From Aristaeellaceae bacterium (GTDB taxonomy: Bacteria; Bacillota; Clostridia; Christensenellales; Aristaeellaceae), in contig JBJEUJ010000113.1 of assembly GCA_051883775.1 (NCBI GenBank), positions 1-60,502 on the forward strand: 60,502 bases of DNA, written 5' to 3'. The notes below the pieces were generated by a model. The model made no database searches. It was not told the DNA's origin and was given only the letters and a program-made list of their open reading frames with translations. Position 1 is the stretch's first letter, and the number at the start of each line of letters is the position of its first letter. A program made the translations under genes and the position numbers. Below are positions 9,250 through 19,581 of the stretch, piece by piece.

Positions 9250-11022
9250 ATGCCTAAGCGAAAGGATCGGCATGGTCACCAGCGCCCGCTGTACGTGAAA
9301 ATCAGCCTGCTGCACTGCCTGATTATCTGCGGCGTTGTCGCGCTGCTGGTCTTTACCATCAGCCATATTGCGTCAGGCATTCTGCTTGAACAGAATACCG
9401 AAAAATGCAGCAAGGATCTGTTTGCGATTTCGCAAAAGATGGACATGCTCTTTGACGGCTATGAGCGGGACTGCAAGGCGATTATCAAGAATCAGCAGTA
9501 TCAGAGCGCCATGAGCCTGGAGGAGGGCGCCAACAGGAATGAGAATGCGCTGCGATCCCTGAAAATAGCCATCGCGCTGGCGGATTTCCGCTCGGCGTAT
9601 ACCCGGATCCAGAGGATTCGCTTTTATGATGTGGCAGACCATACCGTGATTGACGACTATCTGGACAGCACCGGCCCCAAAGCCTCGAGCTCATGGGAGA
9701 CGGTCGAGACCTTTATCGCAGCGCAGCAAACGCTGGACTGGACGGACTTTTCCGTCCGGAGCGGAGCTGCGCAGGTGTCGCTGATGCATCTGGTCAACAA
9801 TTACAGCGGCAGGTTCATTGGCGTGTTGGAGCTGACCGTGGGCGAAGAGCAGGTCAACGGGCTGTACCGGAATTTTGAATCGGAGGATTTGCGCTTTTAT
9901 CTCATCAGCGGGCAGGGAGAAATCCTGTCATGCAGCGACAAAGCGCGCCTTGGCCAGAAGCTGGCGGAGGAAGCGGCGCTGACGGATGTACTGCAGGCCG
10001 GCGAAGCGGGCGCGAATCTGCGCATGGAGAAGGACGAATACATCGTCGTCAGCGTGCCGTATGAGAAGTTCAACTGCTGGCTGGTGGGCCTGGCGTCCAA
10101 GCGCGCCATCGTCAAGGATGTGAACCTGCTGGTATGGACCATCATTTTCATTGGCGCCCTGGGCATTCTGACAGCTTCCGTGCTGGTTCGCTGGACCTCC
10201 AAGAAGAGCACCTACCCGCTCGAGCGTATTCTGCGCGTGATTGACAGCGTCAGCCACGGCCAGTATGATGCGCGCGTTGACCTGCATGCCGGGGAGGAGT
10301 TTCATGAGCTGGGGATGCAGCTCAACGAGATGATTGACAACATGGTCGGCATGATGGAGCTGATCCGCTGCCAGTCCGAGCAGAAGCGCATGTACGAGCT
10401 GCAGAATCTGCAAATGCAGATGAATCCGCACTTTCTGTACAATTCCCTGGAAACCGTGTGCGGCATCATCGAATCCGGCGACGACAAGCTGGCCATTCGG
10501 ATGATCAACGATATTTCGCGCTTCTACCGCGGCGTCCTGAGCGGCGGCAGCTCCATGGTCACGGTCGGGCAGGAGCTGCAGATCACCCGGAAGTACCTGG
10601 AAATCATCCAGATCCGTTACCGGGACAGCTTTGATTTCAGCTGCGATATTCAGCCGGAGCTGCTGCAGATGGCCATTCCCAAGCTGATTCTGCAGCCGCT
10701 GGTGGAAAATGCCGTGATCCACGGCTTCATTGGCAAAAGAGCGCACGCGCAGCTTCGCATCGAGGGCCGCATGGAAAACGGCCGGGGCGTGATTGCCATC
10801 TCGGACGATGGCTGCGGCATTGTGCCGGAGCTGGTGGAAAAGCTGGCGGCAGGCGATTATCCTCAAAGCAGGCAGGGCAGCGGCTTTGGCCTGCGCAGCA
10901 TTGACGAGCGGATCAAGCTGACGTTCGGCAAGGACTATGGGCTGCGCATCTGGAGCGAATACGGCGTGGGAACACGGGTGTCGCTGGTATTCCCATTGCA
11001 GGAGCAGGAAGGACAAGCATGA
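9250..11022 (+). CDS. YesM-like sensor histidine kinase (two TM, HAMP, His_kinase/HATPase)
   Basis: Start at 9250, after GGAGGAAG. H-box 'MQMNPHFLYNSLE', N-box 'LVENAVIHG', G-boxes 'DDGCGI' and 'GSGFGLRSI'. Confidence 0.85.
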   Translation: MPKRKDRHGHQRPLYVKISLLHCLIICGVVALLVFTISHIASGILLEQNTEKCSKDLFAISQKMDMLFDGYERDCKAIIKNQQYQSAMSLEEGANRNENALRSLKIAIALADFRSAYTRIQRIRFYDVADHTVIDDYLDSTGPKASSSWETVETFIAAQQTLDWTDFSVRSGAAQVSLMHLVNNYSGRFIGVLELTVGEEQVNGLYRNFESEDLRFYLISGQGEILSCSDKARLGQKLAEEAALTDVLQAGEAGANLRMEKDEYIVVSVPYEKFNCWLVGLASKRAIVKDVNLLVWTIIFIGALGILTASVLVRWTSKKSTYPLERILRVIDSVSHGQYDARVDLHAGEEFHELGMQLNEMIDNMVGMMELIRCQSEQKRMYELQNLQMQMNPHFLYNSLETVCGIIESGDDKLAIRMINDISRFYRGVLSGGSSMVTVGQELQITRKYLEIIQIRYRDSFDFSCDIQPELLQMAIPKLILQPLVENAVIHGFIGKRAHAQLRIEGRMENGRGVIAISDDGCGIVPELVEKLAAGDYPQSRQGSGFGLRSIDERIKLTFGKDYGLRIWSEYGVGTRVSLVFPLQEQEGQA

Positions 11023-12536
11023 AGACGCTGTTGATTATTGATGATGAATACTATATCCGGGTTCGCGTGCGCAAATGCATTGACTGGGAAGCCCTCGGCT
11101 TTGGAGAGATACTGGACTGTGCCAACGGTCAGGAGGCCCTCGCCCTGATGACGGAGCATCCCGTGGACCTGGTTGTCGCAGATATATCCATGCCGGTGAT
11201 GGATGGGCTGAGCCTTTGCGAGGCCCTGCGGGAAAGGCAGGCGGACACGCAGATCATCCTGCTCACCGGCTATGACCGGTTTGACTATGTGAAGCAGGCG
11301 CTGTCGTACGGTGTGGTAGAGTATGTCCTCAAGCCGGTGGACGGTGAAGAGCTTGAAAAGGCTGTGCAGAAGGCCTGCGCCCGGATGAAGCAGAACGCCT
11401 CGCTCAGGATCATCCAGCAGGAGAAGCGGGTGCTGGAGCATGAAAAAAACCGCTTGCAGCTGGAGCTGGCGGTGACGCTGCTCTTCTCCGACGGCTACAT
11501 GGGCAGCAGAGATACGCCCCCGATTCTGGCGGACTTCGGCATCCGGGAGGCGGACAGCTATGCTGTGGTATACGTGCAGACAGAGAAGGCCTGCACGCTG
11601 CCCGGTACGGTCTGGACGCGCCTCGCCCATGGCCAGGTGGGGATTGTTGAGGAGAGCGCCCTGGCCCAGGTGACAGGGGCGCTGGCGATGGAGCCGCTGC
11701 TGACGGCGGGCGTCTCCGCGCTGCATCGGGGAACGCCGCAGGAGCTGCATGAAGCCTACCGCGAGGCGCGCTTCATCCTGGCGCAGCGGCTGATCACGCC
11801 GGACAAGCGGCTTTTTCACTACGCCGAATACCAGCACAACCGCCTGTCCTCCTGGCCGGAGCGGATGAAAGCCCACTGCCTTGCCCTGCAAGCGGATATA
11901 CGGGATGGCAACGCCCGGAAGGTTCAGGCGGATACCGATGCGGCGCTGGCCTGCCTCAGCCAGGAGCGGGGCAGCGTGCATGAGCTGTATGTGTTTGTGC
12001 GCTGGCTCCTGCTGGAGATGCAGACGTCCGGCGCGCATGGGCAGAGGGCATGGGATGAACGCGCGCTGTTCGATATGCAGGCGGCGGAGATCCTGCAGAA
12101 CAGCCGCTCCCTGCAGGAGGTGCGCCAGCAGCTTGCGCACTGCATTGACCAATATATGCACAGGGAGGAATCCGCCATTCCCGCGGCAGGCATTCTGCTG
12201 GTGAACAGGGTTCACCAGCTGGTGCGTGAAAATTATCAGGACGAATCGCTGTCCCCCAGCGGCATTGCACAGGCCCTTTCCATGAATGCCTCCTACCTCA
12301 GCGACGCTTTCCGCCGCTATGGCGGAGAGACCCTCAGCCATTGCATCACCAGGGTGCGCATGGAAAAGGCCGGCGAGCTGCTGTCCGGCAGCGACAGGAG
12401 CCTCACCGAGGTGATGGAGCAGGTGGGCTATAAGGACCCGTACTATTTTTCCAAGCGCTTCAAGAAATACTTTGGCTGTACGCCCACAGCGTGGCGCGCC
12501 GGGGCGGTGAAAACGGAAGGTGACAGCAAGCGGTAG
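11019..12536 (+). CDS. YesN-like response regulator with AraC-type HTH output
   Basis: It overlaps the kinase stop (ATGA). Receiver motifs are 'LLIIDDE', 'VVADISMPVMDG' and 'YVLKP'. The C-terminal AraC HTH is 'VGYKDPYYFSKRFKKYFGCTP'. Confidence 0.9.
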   Translation: MKTLLIIDDEYYIRVRVRKCIDWEALGFGEILDCANGQEALALMTEHPVDLVVADISMPVMDGLSLCEALRERQADTQIILLTGYDRFDYVKQALSYGVVEYVLKPVDGEELEKAVQKACARMKQNASLRIIQQEKRVLEHEKNRLQLELAVTLLFSDGYMGSRDTPPILADFGIREADSYAVVYVQTEKACTLPGTVWTRLAHGQVGIVEESALAQVTGALAMEPLLTAGVSALHRGTPQELHEAYREARFILAQRLITPDKRLFHYAEYQHNRLSSWPERMKAHCLALQADIRDGNARKVQADTDAALACLSQERGSVHELYVFVRWLLLEMQTSGAHGQRAWDERALFDMQAAEILQNSRSLQEVRQQLAHCIDQYMHREESAIPAAGILLVNRVHQLVRENYQDESLSPSGIAQALSMNASYLSDAFRRYGGETLSHCITRVRMEKAGELLSGSDRSLTEVMEQVGYKDPYYFSKRFKKYFGCTPTAWRAGAVKTEGDSKR

Positions 12537-12577
12537 AATCTGTCCAAAAATATGCCTAAAAAACCAAAATGGCTCCA

Positions 12578-12605
12578 TTGGTGATTCGTCTTTTCGCCGT
12601 ATAAT
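12578..12605 (+). promoter_or_regulatory. Promoter of the first ABC importer operon (TTGGTG-16-TATAAT)
   Basis: -35 at 12578-12583 and -10 TATAAT at 12600-12605, about 45 nt upstream of the SBP start. It is a likely target of the adjacent AraC-type regulator (inference). Confidence 0.4.
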
Positions 12606-12650
12606 GGAATCACAGGCTGCAAAGCCAAATACGATCGGAGGGAATCAACC

Positions 12651-13967
12651 ATGAAGAGAACCCTGGCTGTTTTGGTGACCCTGATGATGCTGACGGGCAT
12701 GCTTGCCAGCACTGGCATCGCCATTGCCGAGGAGCCCGTCACCATCACGGTGTTGACTCGTTACATTGAGAATGGCCCGGACGCCATGAACCAGTTCTAC
12801 TATGAGCGCATGCGCCAGTTTGACGAGGAGAACGAGGACATCGTGATTGAGGACATTTCAGTCAACGAGCTGGACGTGTACAACCAGCGGCTGAAGTCCA
12901 GCATCGCCTCCAACGAATTCCCGGATGTGTTCATGAACTATGGCTACAGCAACATCAGCGAGTGGGTGGAAAACGGCCTGGTCCGCGACCTGAGCGATCT
13001 GATTTCCGCCGGGGACTACACCGGCCCCTCCAACGACTCCTACCTGATGCCCTGGAACTATACCTCCAAGGGAATTGAAGGCGTGTACGGCATTCCGACC
13101 AACGTGAACGTGGGCATGGTGTTCTACATCAACAAGAAGATGCTGGATTCCTTCGGCCTGGACGTGCCCAAGACCTGGGAGGATGTGTATGCCATTGCGC
13201 CTACCCTGATTGAGAACGACATCATTCCCATCGCGCTTTCCGCCGGCACGAAGGGCCGCCTGGCCCACTTCCACACCGCGCTGGCCATGCGCATGTTCGG
13301 CCTGGAGGTCCGCGATAAGCTGGTGTCCGGCCAGATCAAGTGGTCTGAGGGCGAGAGCATGGAGGTGCTCAACAAGTACGAAGAGATGATCAGCATGGGC
13401 CTTTTTGGCTCCGACGCCATCTCCATGGACGCCAGCGGTATGCAGGCAGCCTTCCTCAACGGTCAGGCCGCCATGTATCCCGGCATGCTGGTCAACTCCA
13501 CCGCGACCCTGGCCGCCGCGGAGGAGGAAGGCGACTATGTGATGAGCAACTTCTTCTACTTCGAGGACAAGCCCGAGTACAAGGATCTGTGGTTCGTGGC
13601 GGCGGGCGACGGCCTGTCCATCATGACCCCCGAAAAGGAAACCGCCCGCCTGGAGGCTGCCAAGCGCTTCATCACTTACATGACCAGCCAGGAGAATTTT
13701 GACGAGCAGGCCAGGAAGAACGGCGCCAACGCCTTCCCGGTGCCCGTGGATTACAGCACGTTGGGCGTGGAAATCAGCCCTGTCCTGTCCGACTTCTTCG
13801 ACAGCTACAACCAGCTGACCGGCGGCAGCGATGAATTCGACGTGTACTTCGACTTCCGCTCCTCCCAGGAGATCTTCCGCACCGAAATTCAGACGATGTT
13901 TGCCGGTGTTGACGCGGCCTCCGTGGCAGCTTCGCTGGACGCCCAGTACGACGCTGCGCAGCGTTAA
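12651..13967 (+). CDS. ABC transporter extracellular solute-binding protein (carbohydrate, family 1)
   Basis: 438 aa with a signal peptide, 'LVTLMMLTGMLASTGIAIAEE'. It has SBP_bac_1-like composition and is followed by two MalFG-type permeases. Confidence 0.9.
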   Translation: MKRTLAVLVTLMMLTGMLASTGIAIAEEPVTITVLTRYIENGPDAMNQFYYERMRQFDEENEDIVIEDISVNELDVYNQRLKSSIASNEFPDVFMNYGYSNISEWVENGLVRDLSDLISAGDYTGPSNDSYLMPWNYTSKGIEGVYGIPTNVNVGMVFYINKKMLDSFGLDVPKTWEDVYAIAPTLIENDIIPIALSAGTKGRLAHFHTALAMRMFGLEVRDKLVSGQIKWSEGESMEVLNKYEEMISMGLFGSDAISMDASGMQAAFLNGQAAMYPGMLVNSTATLAAAEEEGDYVMSNFFYFEDKPEYKDLWFVAAGDGLSIMTPEKETARLEAAKRFITYMTSQENFDEQARKNGANAFPVPVDYSTLGVEISPVLSDFFDSYNQLTGGSDEFDVYFDFRSSQEIFRTEIQTMFAGVDAASVAASLDAQYDAAQR

Positions 13968-13992
13968 TGTTCCAGGCTTGACATGAGGATTT

Positions 13993-14026
13993 GGGACGGC
14001 GCATGCCGTCCCGGATCCCTTTTTTT
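13993..14026 (+). terminator. Intra-operon hairpin/partial terminator between SBP and permeases
   Basis: GGGACGGC-gcat-GCCGTCCC (13993-14012), then a T7 run at 14020-14026 after a 7-nt gap. This is a common SBP-to-permease attenuation arrangement. Confidence 0.4.
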
Positions 14027-14055
14027 CACAACAAGCTGCTTGCAGGAGAATCACA

Positions 14056-14958
14056 ATGAAAGCAAAAACCGGAAACAGAAAAACGCTGGAGGCGGCGCTG
14101 CTGCTGCTTCCAACGGTGCTGATCTATACGCTTGTGATCGCTTATCCGCTTTTGAATATGCTCTACACCTCCTTCTTTGACTGGAACGGCATTCCCTCCT
14201 CGCCCTACGTTTTTGTGGGCGTGGAAAACTACGAACGCTTCTTTTCCGATATAATCGCCCGAACGGCGATCAGGAATGTCATCATCATCATGTTCGTCAG
14301 CGTGCTGGGCGTCATTCCGATCGCGCTGTTTCTTGCGACGGTGATCTCGAAGAAGTACTTTGGGCTTCGGCTTGTCAAGACGGTTTACTTTCTGCCGGTG
14401 ATCATCAACAAGGTTGCCATCGGCCTGATGCTGACCTTCATCTTCTATCCCAAGGTGGGCCCCTTTGTCCGGCTGCTGGATTTCCTGCACCTTGACAGCA
14501 AGATCAACATGCTTGGCAACATGAAAACCTCCATATGGGTGTGCGCCTTCGCGGTGCTGTGGTGCAACACGGGCCTGCACATGATTCTGTTTTCCTCCGC
14601 CATGACGCAGATCCCCACGGAAATATACGAGGCTGTGGACATTGACGGCGCGACGTCCTTCCAGCGCCTGCGCTACGTGACCCTCCCCATGCTGCGCGGC
14701 ACCATCAATATGTCGGCCATACTGCTCCTGACCAATGCCTTCAGGGTGTTCGACCTGATCAAGTCCCTGACGGATGGCGGCCCCGGCTTCTCATCGCAGG
14801 TGCTGACCACGCTGATCTATAAGAACGCCTTCTATTACGGTGAATACGGCTACGCTGACGCCATAGGCGTGATGACGGTCATTTTCAGCATTGTGGTTAT
14901 GATGATTGCCAATACGCTCTTTCAGCAGCGCGAGTCCAGGAAGGAGCAGCTGGCATGA
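14056..14958 (+). CDS. Carbohydrate ABC transporter permease (MalF/UgpA-like)
   Basis: 300 aa and multi-TM. The EAA-loop region is 'EIYEAVDIDGATSFQRLRYVTLPML'. Confidence 0.9.
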   Translation: MKAKTGNRKTLEAALLLLPTVLIYTLVIAYPLLNMLYTSFFDWNGIPSSPYVFVGVENYERFFSDIIARTAIRNVIIIMFVSVLGVIPIALFLATVISKKYFGLRLVKTVYFLPVIINKVAIGLMLTFIFYPKVGPFVRLLDFLHLDSKINMLGNMKTSIWVCAFAVLWCNTGLHMILFSSAMTQIPTEIYEAVDIDGATSFQRLRYVTLPMLRGTINMSAILLLTNAFRVFDLIKSLTDGGPGFSSQVLTTLIYKNAFYYGEYGYADAIGVMTVIFSIVVMMIANTLFQQRESRKEQLA

Positions 14959-15806
14959 AAAACAAGCTGGTCAAGGGCCTGCGGCAGCTGACCGCCGGGC
15001 GAATCATCTACTTCCTGCTGGCTGCGGTGTGGTTTTTCATCACGCTGTTTCCGCTGTACTTTACCGTTGTATCCTCCCTCAAGCCGGACAGTGAAATCTG
15101 GGGAACCATGTTTGCCCCGCCGGTGAAGCCGCAGTGGCAGAACTATACGGATGTTCTCAGCAACGCCAACCTGTTTCGCTCCATCGCCAATTCCTTGATT
15201 CTCGCGCTGGGCTCCGTGGCCATCATGATCGTATGCGTGGTCATGTCCAGCTATGTGATTGCCCGGCGGCACATCCGCGTGGCAAACGCTGTCAAGATGT
15301 ATCTTTCCGCCGCGCTGATGATTCCCCTGCAGGGCGCGGTGGTGCCTATTGTGCAGATGGTCGGCTACATCGGCGGCAAAAACAACTTCCTGGTGCTGAT
15401 GCTGATCTATGTGGGGCTGAACATATCCATGTCCTCGTTCATCCTGACCGGCTATATCAGCGGCATTGAGCGCGAAATTGACGAATCGGCCGCCATGGAC
15501 GGCTGCAACCTGTTCCAGATTGTGTATCGCATCATTTTCCCCATCGCCATGCCCGGCGTGGCGACGGCGGCCATTGTGGGCTTTCTGAACGTGTACAACG
15601 AGCTGGCCATCGCCAATGTTGTGATGACCAAGAGCAAGTACCTGACGGTGTCAGCCGTCCTGCTGAATTTCAAGGGCGATTATCAGGTGGAGCTGAGGCT
15701 GATTTTCGCCTCCATCGTGATCGTCATCATCCCCATACTGGTTTTCTACCTGCTTTGTCAGGAAAAGGTGGAGCATGGCCTGGCGGCTGGGGCCGTGAAG
15801 GGCTGA
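14955..15806 (+). CDS. Carbohydrate ABC transporter permease (MalG/UgpE-like)
   Basis: 283 aa. Its start overlaps the previous stop (ATGA). The EAA loop is 'EIDESAAMDGCNLFQIVYRIIFPIAMPG'. Confidence 0.9.
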   Translation: MKNKLVKGLRQLTAGRIIYFLLAAVWFFITLFPLYFTVVSSLKPDSEIWGTMFAPPVKPQWQNYTDVLSNANLFRSIANSLILALGSVAIMIVCVVMSSYVIARRHIRVANAVKMYLSAALMIPLQGAVVPIVQMVGYIGGKNNFLVLMLIYVGLNISMSSFILTGYISGIEREIDESAAMDGCNLFQIVYRIIFPIAMPGVATAAIVGFLNVYNELAIANVVMTKSKYLTVSAVLLNFKGDYQVELRLIFASIVIVIIPILVFYLLCQEKVEHGLAAGAVKG

Positions 15807-15820
15807 GATGAGGTGAAGCT

Positions 15821-17569
15821 ATGATGCGCAAGCAACCGAACGTTGTGTTTGTCCTGACGGACGATCAGGGCTACGGCGACCTGGGATGTACCGGTAATCC
15901 TTACCTTCAAACCCCGCAGATTAACGCGTTCTACGCCGACGCGGTGCGCATGACGGACTACCATGTGGCGCCCTTGTGCGCGCCGACGCGGGGCGCGCTC
16001 TTTTCCGGGCACAGGCCGCTGCGCAATGGCGTCTGGGCGACCTGCTGGGGACGTTCCATCCTGCATGAAAACGAAGTGACCCTTGCGGAGGTTTTCCGCC
16101 AGAATGGCTACGCCACCGGGCTCTTCGGCAAATGGCACCTGGGGGACAACTATCCCTACCGCCCTCAGGACCGCGGCTTTGACACGGTGCTGGCGCACAA
16201 GGGCGGCGGCGTTGGCCAGACCCCTGATTTCTGGGGCAACAACTACTTCGACGATGTGTATTTTGCCAACGGCGAGCCAACGCCCTGCGAGGGCTATTGC
16301 ACGGATGTGTGGTTTGACGCGGCGGAGCGCTTCATCCAGGCCCATCTGGATACGCCGTTCTTTGCCTGCATTACCACCAATGCGCCGCACGAGCCCTACC
16401 TGGTGTCGGACAGGTATGCCGCGCCATACCGCGGAAACAGCCAGATCGTTCATCCCGAATTCTACGGCATGATTGCCAATATTGACGAGAACTTCGGCCG
16501 GCTTCGGCAGAGGCTGTCTGACTGGGGCATTGAGGACAATACCATCCTGATCTTCATGACGGACAACGGCAGCTCGGGCTGCAGCGAGCTGGACGAAAAC
16601 GAGCATGTGCTGCGGGGCTACAACGCCGGCATGCGCGGCATGAAAACCTCCTACTATGACGGCGGACACCGGGTGCCGTTTTTCATCCGCTGGCCGCAGG
16701 GCGGGCTGCAGGGCGGCCGCGATGTGGATGACACGGCCTTTCATGTGGACTTCTTTCCCACGCTGGTGGACCTGTGCGGCCTGACCATGCCGCCGCTCCA
16801 GCTAGACGGCGTCAGCCTGAAGGGGGCGCTGGTGGATGGCGAAAGGCTGCCCGAGGGCCGCGCGGAATTCATGCAGTACCATCAGTCCACCGTAGTGCCG
16901 GACAAATGGACGAGCGCAGTCGTCTGTGACAAGTGGCGGCTGGTGCGCGGCAGGGAGCTGTACAACATCACCGATGACCCGGGCCAGCGGCACGATATTG
17001 CCGCGCAGCATCCTGACGTGGTTGCCAGGCTGCGCCAGGCCCATGAGGAATACTGGACGGAAATGCAGGATACCATGGGCGTTTACGCCGCCATCTACCT
17101 TGGCGATCCCCATGAGAACCCGACGCGCCTGGACGCGATGGATGTGATGGGCGATGTGGCCTGGAGTCAGATTGCCGTAGCCCTGGCCCAGCGCTCCGCC
17201 GGCAAATGGCATGTGAAATTCACCCGGCCCGGGCGTTACTGCTTCACGCTGCAGCGCTGGCCCCGGGAATTGAATCTGCCCATGGACGCGCAGCCCTCCG
17301 TGGAGGAGCTGCAGCAGCTTGCGCTCTACAAGGACGCCATGGAATACTGGGCGGAAAGGGGCGGGCCTGAAGCCCTGCGCCTGGTGCAGGCAGGCGTATC
17401 GTTCTTTGGACAGACGCATGTCCAGATGGTGGAGCCGTCGGACACCTGCGCGGCATGCACGCTGCGCGTGGAGCAGACGGGCGAGACAGACCTGGAGGCA
17501 TGGTTTGCCGACGCGCAGGGCGAGCGGCTGGGCGCGTACTACGTTTATGTGCAGCGCCTGCATGACTGA
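15821..17569 (+). CDS. Formylglycine-dependent sulfatase (S1 arylsulfatase family), no signal peptide
   Basis: 'PNVVFVLTDDQGYGDLG' is followed by the C-x-P-x-R maturation motif in 'LCAPTRGALFSG'. 'MTDNGS' is also present. The N-terminus has no hydrophobic leader. Confidence 0.9.
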   Translation: MMRKQPNVVFVLTDDQGYGDLGCTGNPYLQTPQINAFYADAVRMTDYHVAPLCAPTRGALFSGHRPLRNGVWATCWGRSILHENEVTLAEVFRQNGYATGLFGKWHLGDNYPYRPQDRGFDTVLAHKGGGVGQTPDFWGNNYFDDVYFANGEPTPCEGYCTDVWFDAAERFIQAHLDTPFFACITTNAPHEPYLVSDRYAAPYRGNSQIVHPEFYGMIANIDENFGRLRQRLSDWGIEDNTILIFMTDNGSSGCSELDENEHVLRGYNAGMRGMKTSYYDGGHRVPFFIRWPQGGLQGGRDVDDTAFHVDFFPTLVDLCGLTMPPLQLDGVSLKGALVDGERLPEGRAEFMQYHQSTVVPDKWTSAVVCDKWRLVRGRELYNITDDPGQRHDIAAQHPDVVARLRQAHEEYWTEMQDTMGVYAAIYLGDPHENPTRLDAMDVMGDVAWSQIAVALAQRSAGKWHVKFTRPGRYCFTLQRWPRELNLPMDAQPSVEELQQLALYKDAMEYWAERGGPEALRLVQAGVSFFGQTHVQMVEPSDTCAACTLRVEQTGETDLEAWFADAQGERLGAYYVYVQRLHD

Positions 17570-17610
17570 GGCGCTCCCGGAAGAACCGTACAAGGAAAGG
17601 AAGGTATGCC

Positions 17611-19581
17611 ATGCAGCTTTCGCCACGACAAATTCACCTCGACTTTCACACCTCCGAAGAGATCCCCATGATTGCTGAGGATTTCGACGCCAAAGCCTTT
17701 GCCGCAACCATGAGGCAGGCGGACGTCTCCTCTGTCACGGTGTTTGCACGCTGCCATCATGGCTGGCTGTATTACCCCTCCAGGGCGTTCCCGGAGTTGA
17801 TTCACCCGCACCTGCGCAACCGCAACCTGATGCTGGAGCAGGTTCGCGCGCTGCATGCCGAAGGCATCCGCGCCCCCATCTATGTCACCATCCAATGGGA
17901 TTACCATTCAGCCCGGACGCATCCCGAATGGCTGATCCGCAAGCCCGGCGGCATGCATGAGGGCGGCCCCTTCAGCGAGGCGGGATTCTATCAGTCCCTG
18001 TGCGTCAATACCCCCTACTTTGACTTCATTGAGGCGCATACCCGGGAGATATGCGAGATGCTCGGGGATGAGCTGGACGGCTTCTTCTTTGACATTGTCG
18101 GCATTCGTCCCTGCGTTTGCGCCAGCTGCCGCGCGGAGATGAAGGCGCGCGGCATGGATTTCGGGGATGCACTGGCGGTGCGGGAGTTTGCCACGCTGGT
18201 CATGAACCGCTTCAAGGAGAGACTGACGGCCATCGTTCGCGAATACAGCGACAGCTGCACCCTATTCTACAACGCGGGCCATGTGGGGCCGTGCACCCGC
18301 GACAGCCGCGACGCCTACACCCATCTGGAGCTGGAGAGCCTGCCCTCCGGCGGCGAGTGGGGCTATCTGCACTTTCCGGCTTCCGTGCGTTACGCCCGGA
18401 CCCTCGGCGTGGATCTGATGGGCATGACGGGGAAATTCCACACGGAATGGGGCGACTTCCACTCGCTGAAGAACCAGGCGGCGCTGGAATTCGAGTGCTT
18501 CAGAATGCTCAGCCATGGCTGCGCCGTGTCCATTGGCGATCAGCTGGAGCCCCGCGGCGTGCTGAATCCTGCAACCTATGAGCTGATCGGCAGGGTGTTC
18601 CGGCAGGTCAGGGAGCGCGAGGCCTGGGCCCGCCCGGCGCACGCCCTGACGGAGGCCGCCCTGGTCACCAGCGAATCAAAGCTCTTTGAGCATCAGATTC
18701 CCGCGTGCGTCATGGGCGCGGTGCAAATGCTGGAGGAGCTGGCCATTCAGTTTGATGTGATCGACACGCAGGACACGCTGGAGCGTTATGCCCTGCTGAT
18801 CCTGGCGGATGATCTGACGGTCACCGCCGAATTCCAGCAGAAGCTGGACGCTTACGTGCAATCCGGCGGCAAGGTAATCGCCTGCGCGCGGGGCGGGCTG
18901 AATGAGCGCAACGAATACCCCTCGTGCTTCGGCACAAGGTATCTGGGCAAGGAGCCGCTGTGGCCCAGCTTCATCCTGCCCAGCGGCGATATGGCCAACG
19001 GCCTGGTGGAAAACAACGGGTATGTGATCTATGAGCAGGGCGAGGCCATTGAGCCTGTGCAGGCCAGCGTGCTTCTGAAAAAGCACGAGCCGTATTTCTG
19101 CCGCACGGGTGAGCATTTCTGTTCACACCGCTATACGCCCTCCGCCAGGAAGGAGGGGCATCCCTCCGCCGTGCGCTGTGGCGGCGTCATCCTCTTCAGC
19201 CATCCGCTGTTCACGCAGTATCGTCTGAACGCACCCTTCTGGTGCAAGCAGCTGATTGGCAATGCCATCGACCAGCTGCTGCCGGCGCGGATGGTTCGCC
19301 ACAGCGGCCCGTCCACCATGACGGTCAGCCTCCTCCATCAGCCGCAGGAGAACCGTGTCTGCGCCCATGTGCTCAGCTATGTACCGGTACGCAAATCCAT
19401 CAACATTGACCTGATTGAGGAACGCACGACGCTGTACAATGTGCAGCTGAAGGTCAACCTCCCCTTCGGGGTGAAGGCTGCCAGACTGGTGCCCGAGGGC
19501 GACGAGCTGGCGATTTGCGACGGCTGCGTCACCATCCCCAAGGTGGATGGCTATGCGATCATCGCCTTCGAGCTGGCATGA
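17611..19581 (+). CDS. GHL6-/GH42-like putative glycoside hydrolase with beta-galactosidase-trimerisation-like middle domain
   Basis: The N-terminus 'RQIHLDFHTSEEIP...VSSVTVFARCHHGWLYYPS' matches my recollection of the 'hypothetical glycosyl hydrolase 6' family. No signal peptide. The assignment is unverified. Confidence 0.55.
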   Translation: MQLSPRQIHLDFHTSEEIPMIAEDFDAKAFAATMRQADVSSVTVFARCHHGWLYYPSRAFPELIHPHLRNRNLMLEQVRALHAEGIRAPIYVTIQWDYHSARTHPEWLIRKPGGMHEGGPFSEAGFYQSLCVNTPYFDFIEAHTREICEMLGDELDGFFFDIVGIRPCVCASCRAEMKARGMDFGDALAVREFATLVMNRFKERLTAIVREYSDSCTLFYNAGHVGPCTRDSRDAYTHLELESLPSGGEWGYLHFPASVRYARTLGVDLMGMTGKFHTEWGDFHSLKNQAALEFECFRMLSHGCAVSIGDQLEPRGVLNPATYELIGRVFRQVREREAWARPAHALTEAALVTSESKLFEHQIPACVMGAVQMLEELAIQFDVIDTQDTLERYALLILADDLTVTAEFQQKLDAYVQSGGKVIACARGGLNERNEYPSCFGTRYLGKEPLWPSFILPSGDMANGLVENNGYVIYEQGEAIEPVQASVLLKKHEPYFCRTGEHFCSHRYTPSARKEGHPSAVRCGGVILFSHPLFTQYRLNAPFWCKQLIGNAIDQLLPARMVRHSGPSTMTVSLLHQPQENRVCAHVLSYVPVRKSINIDLIEERTTLYNVQLKVNLPFGVKAARLVPEGDELAICDGCVTIPKVDGYAIIAFELA

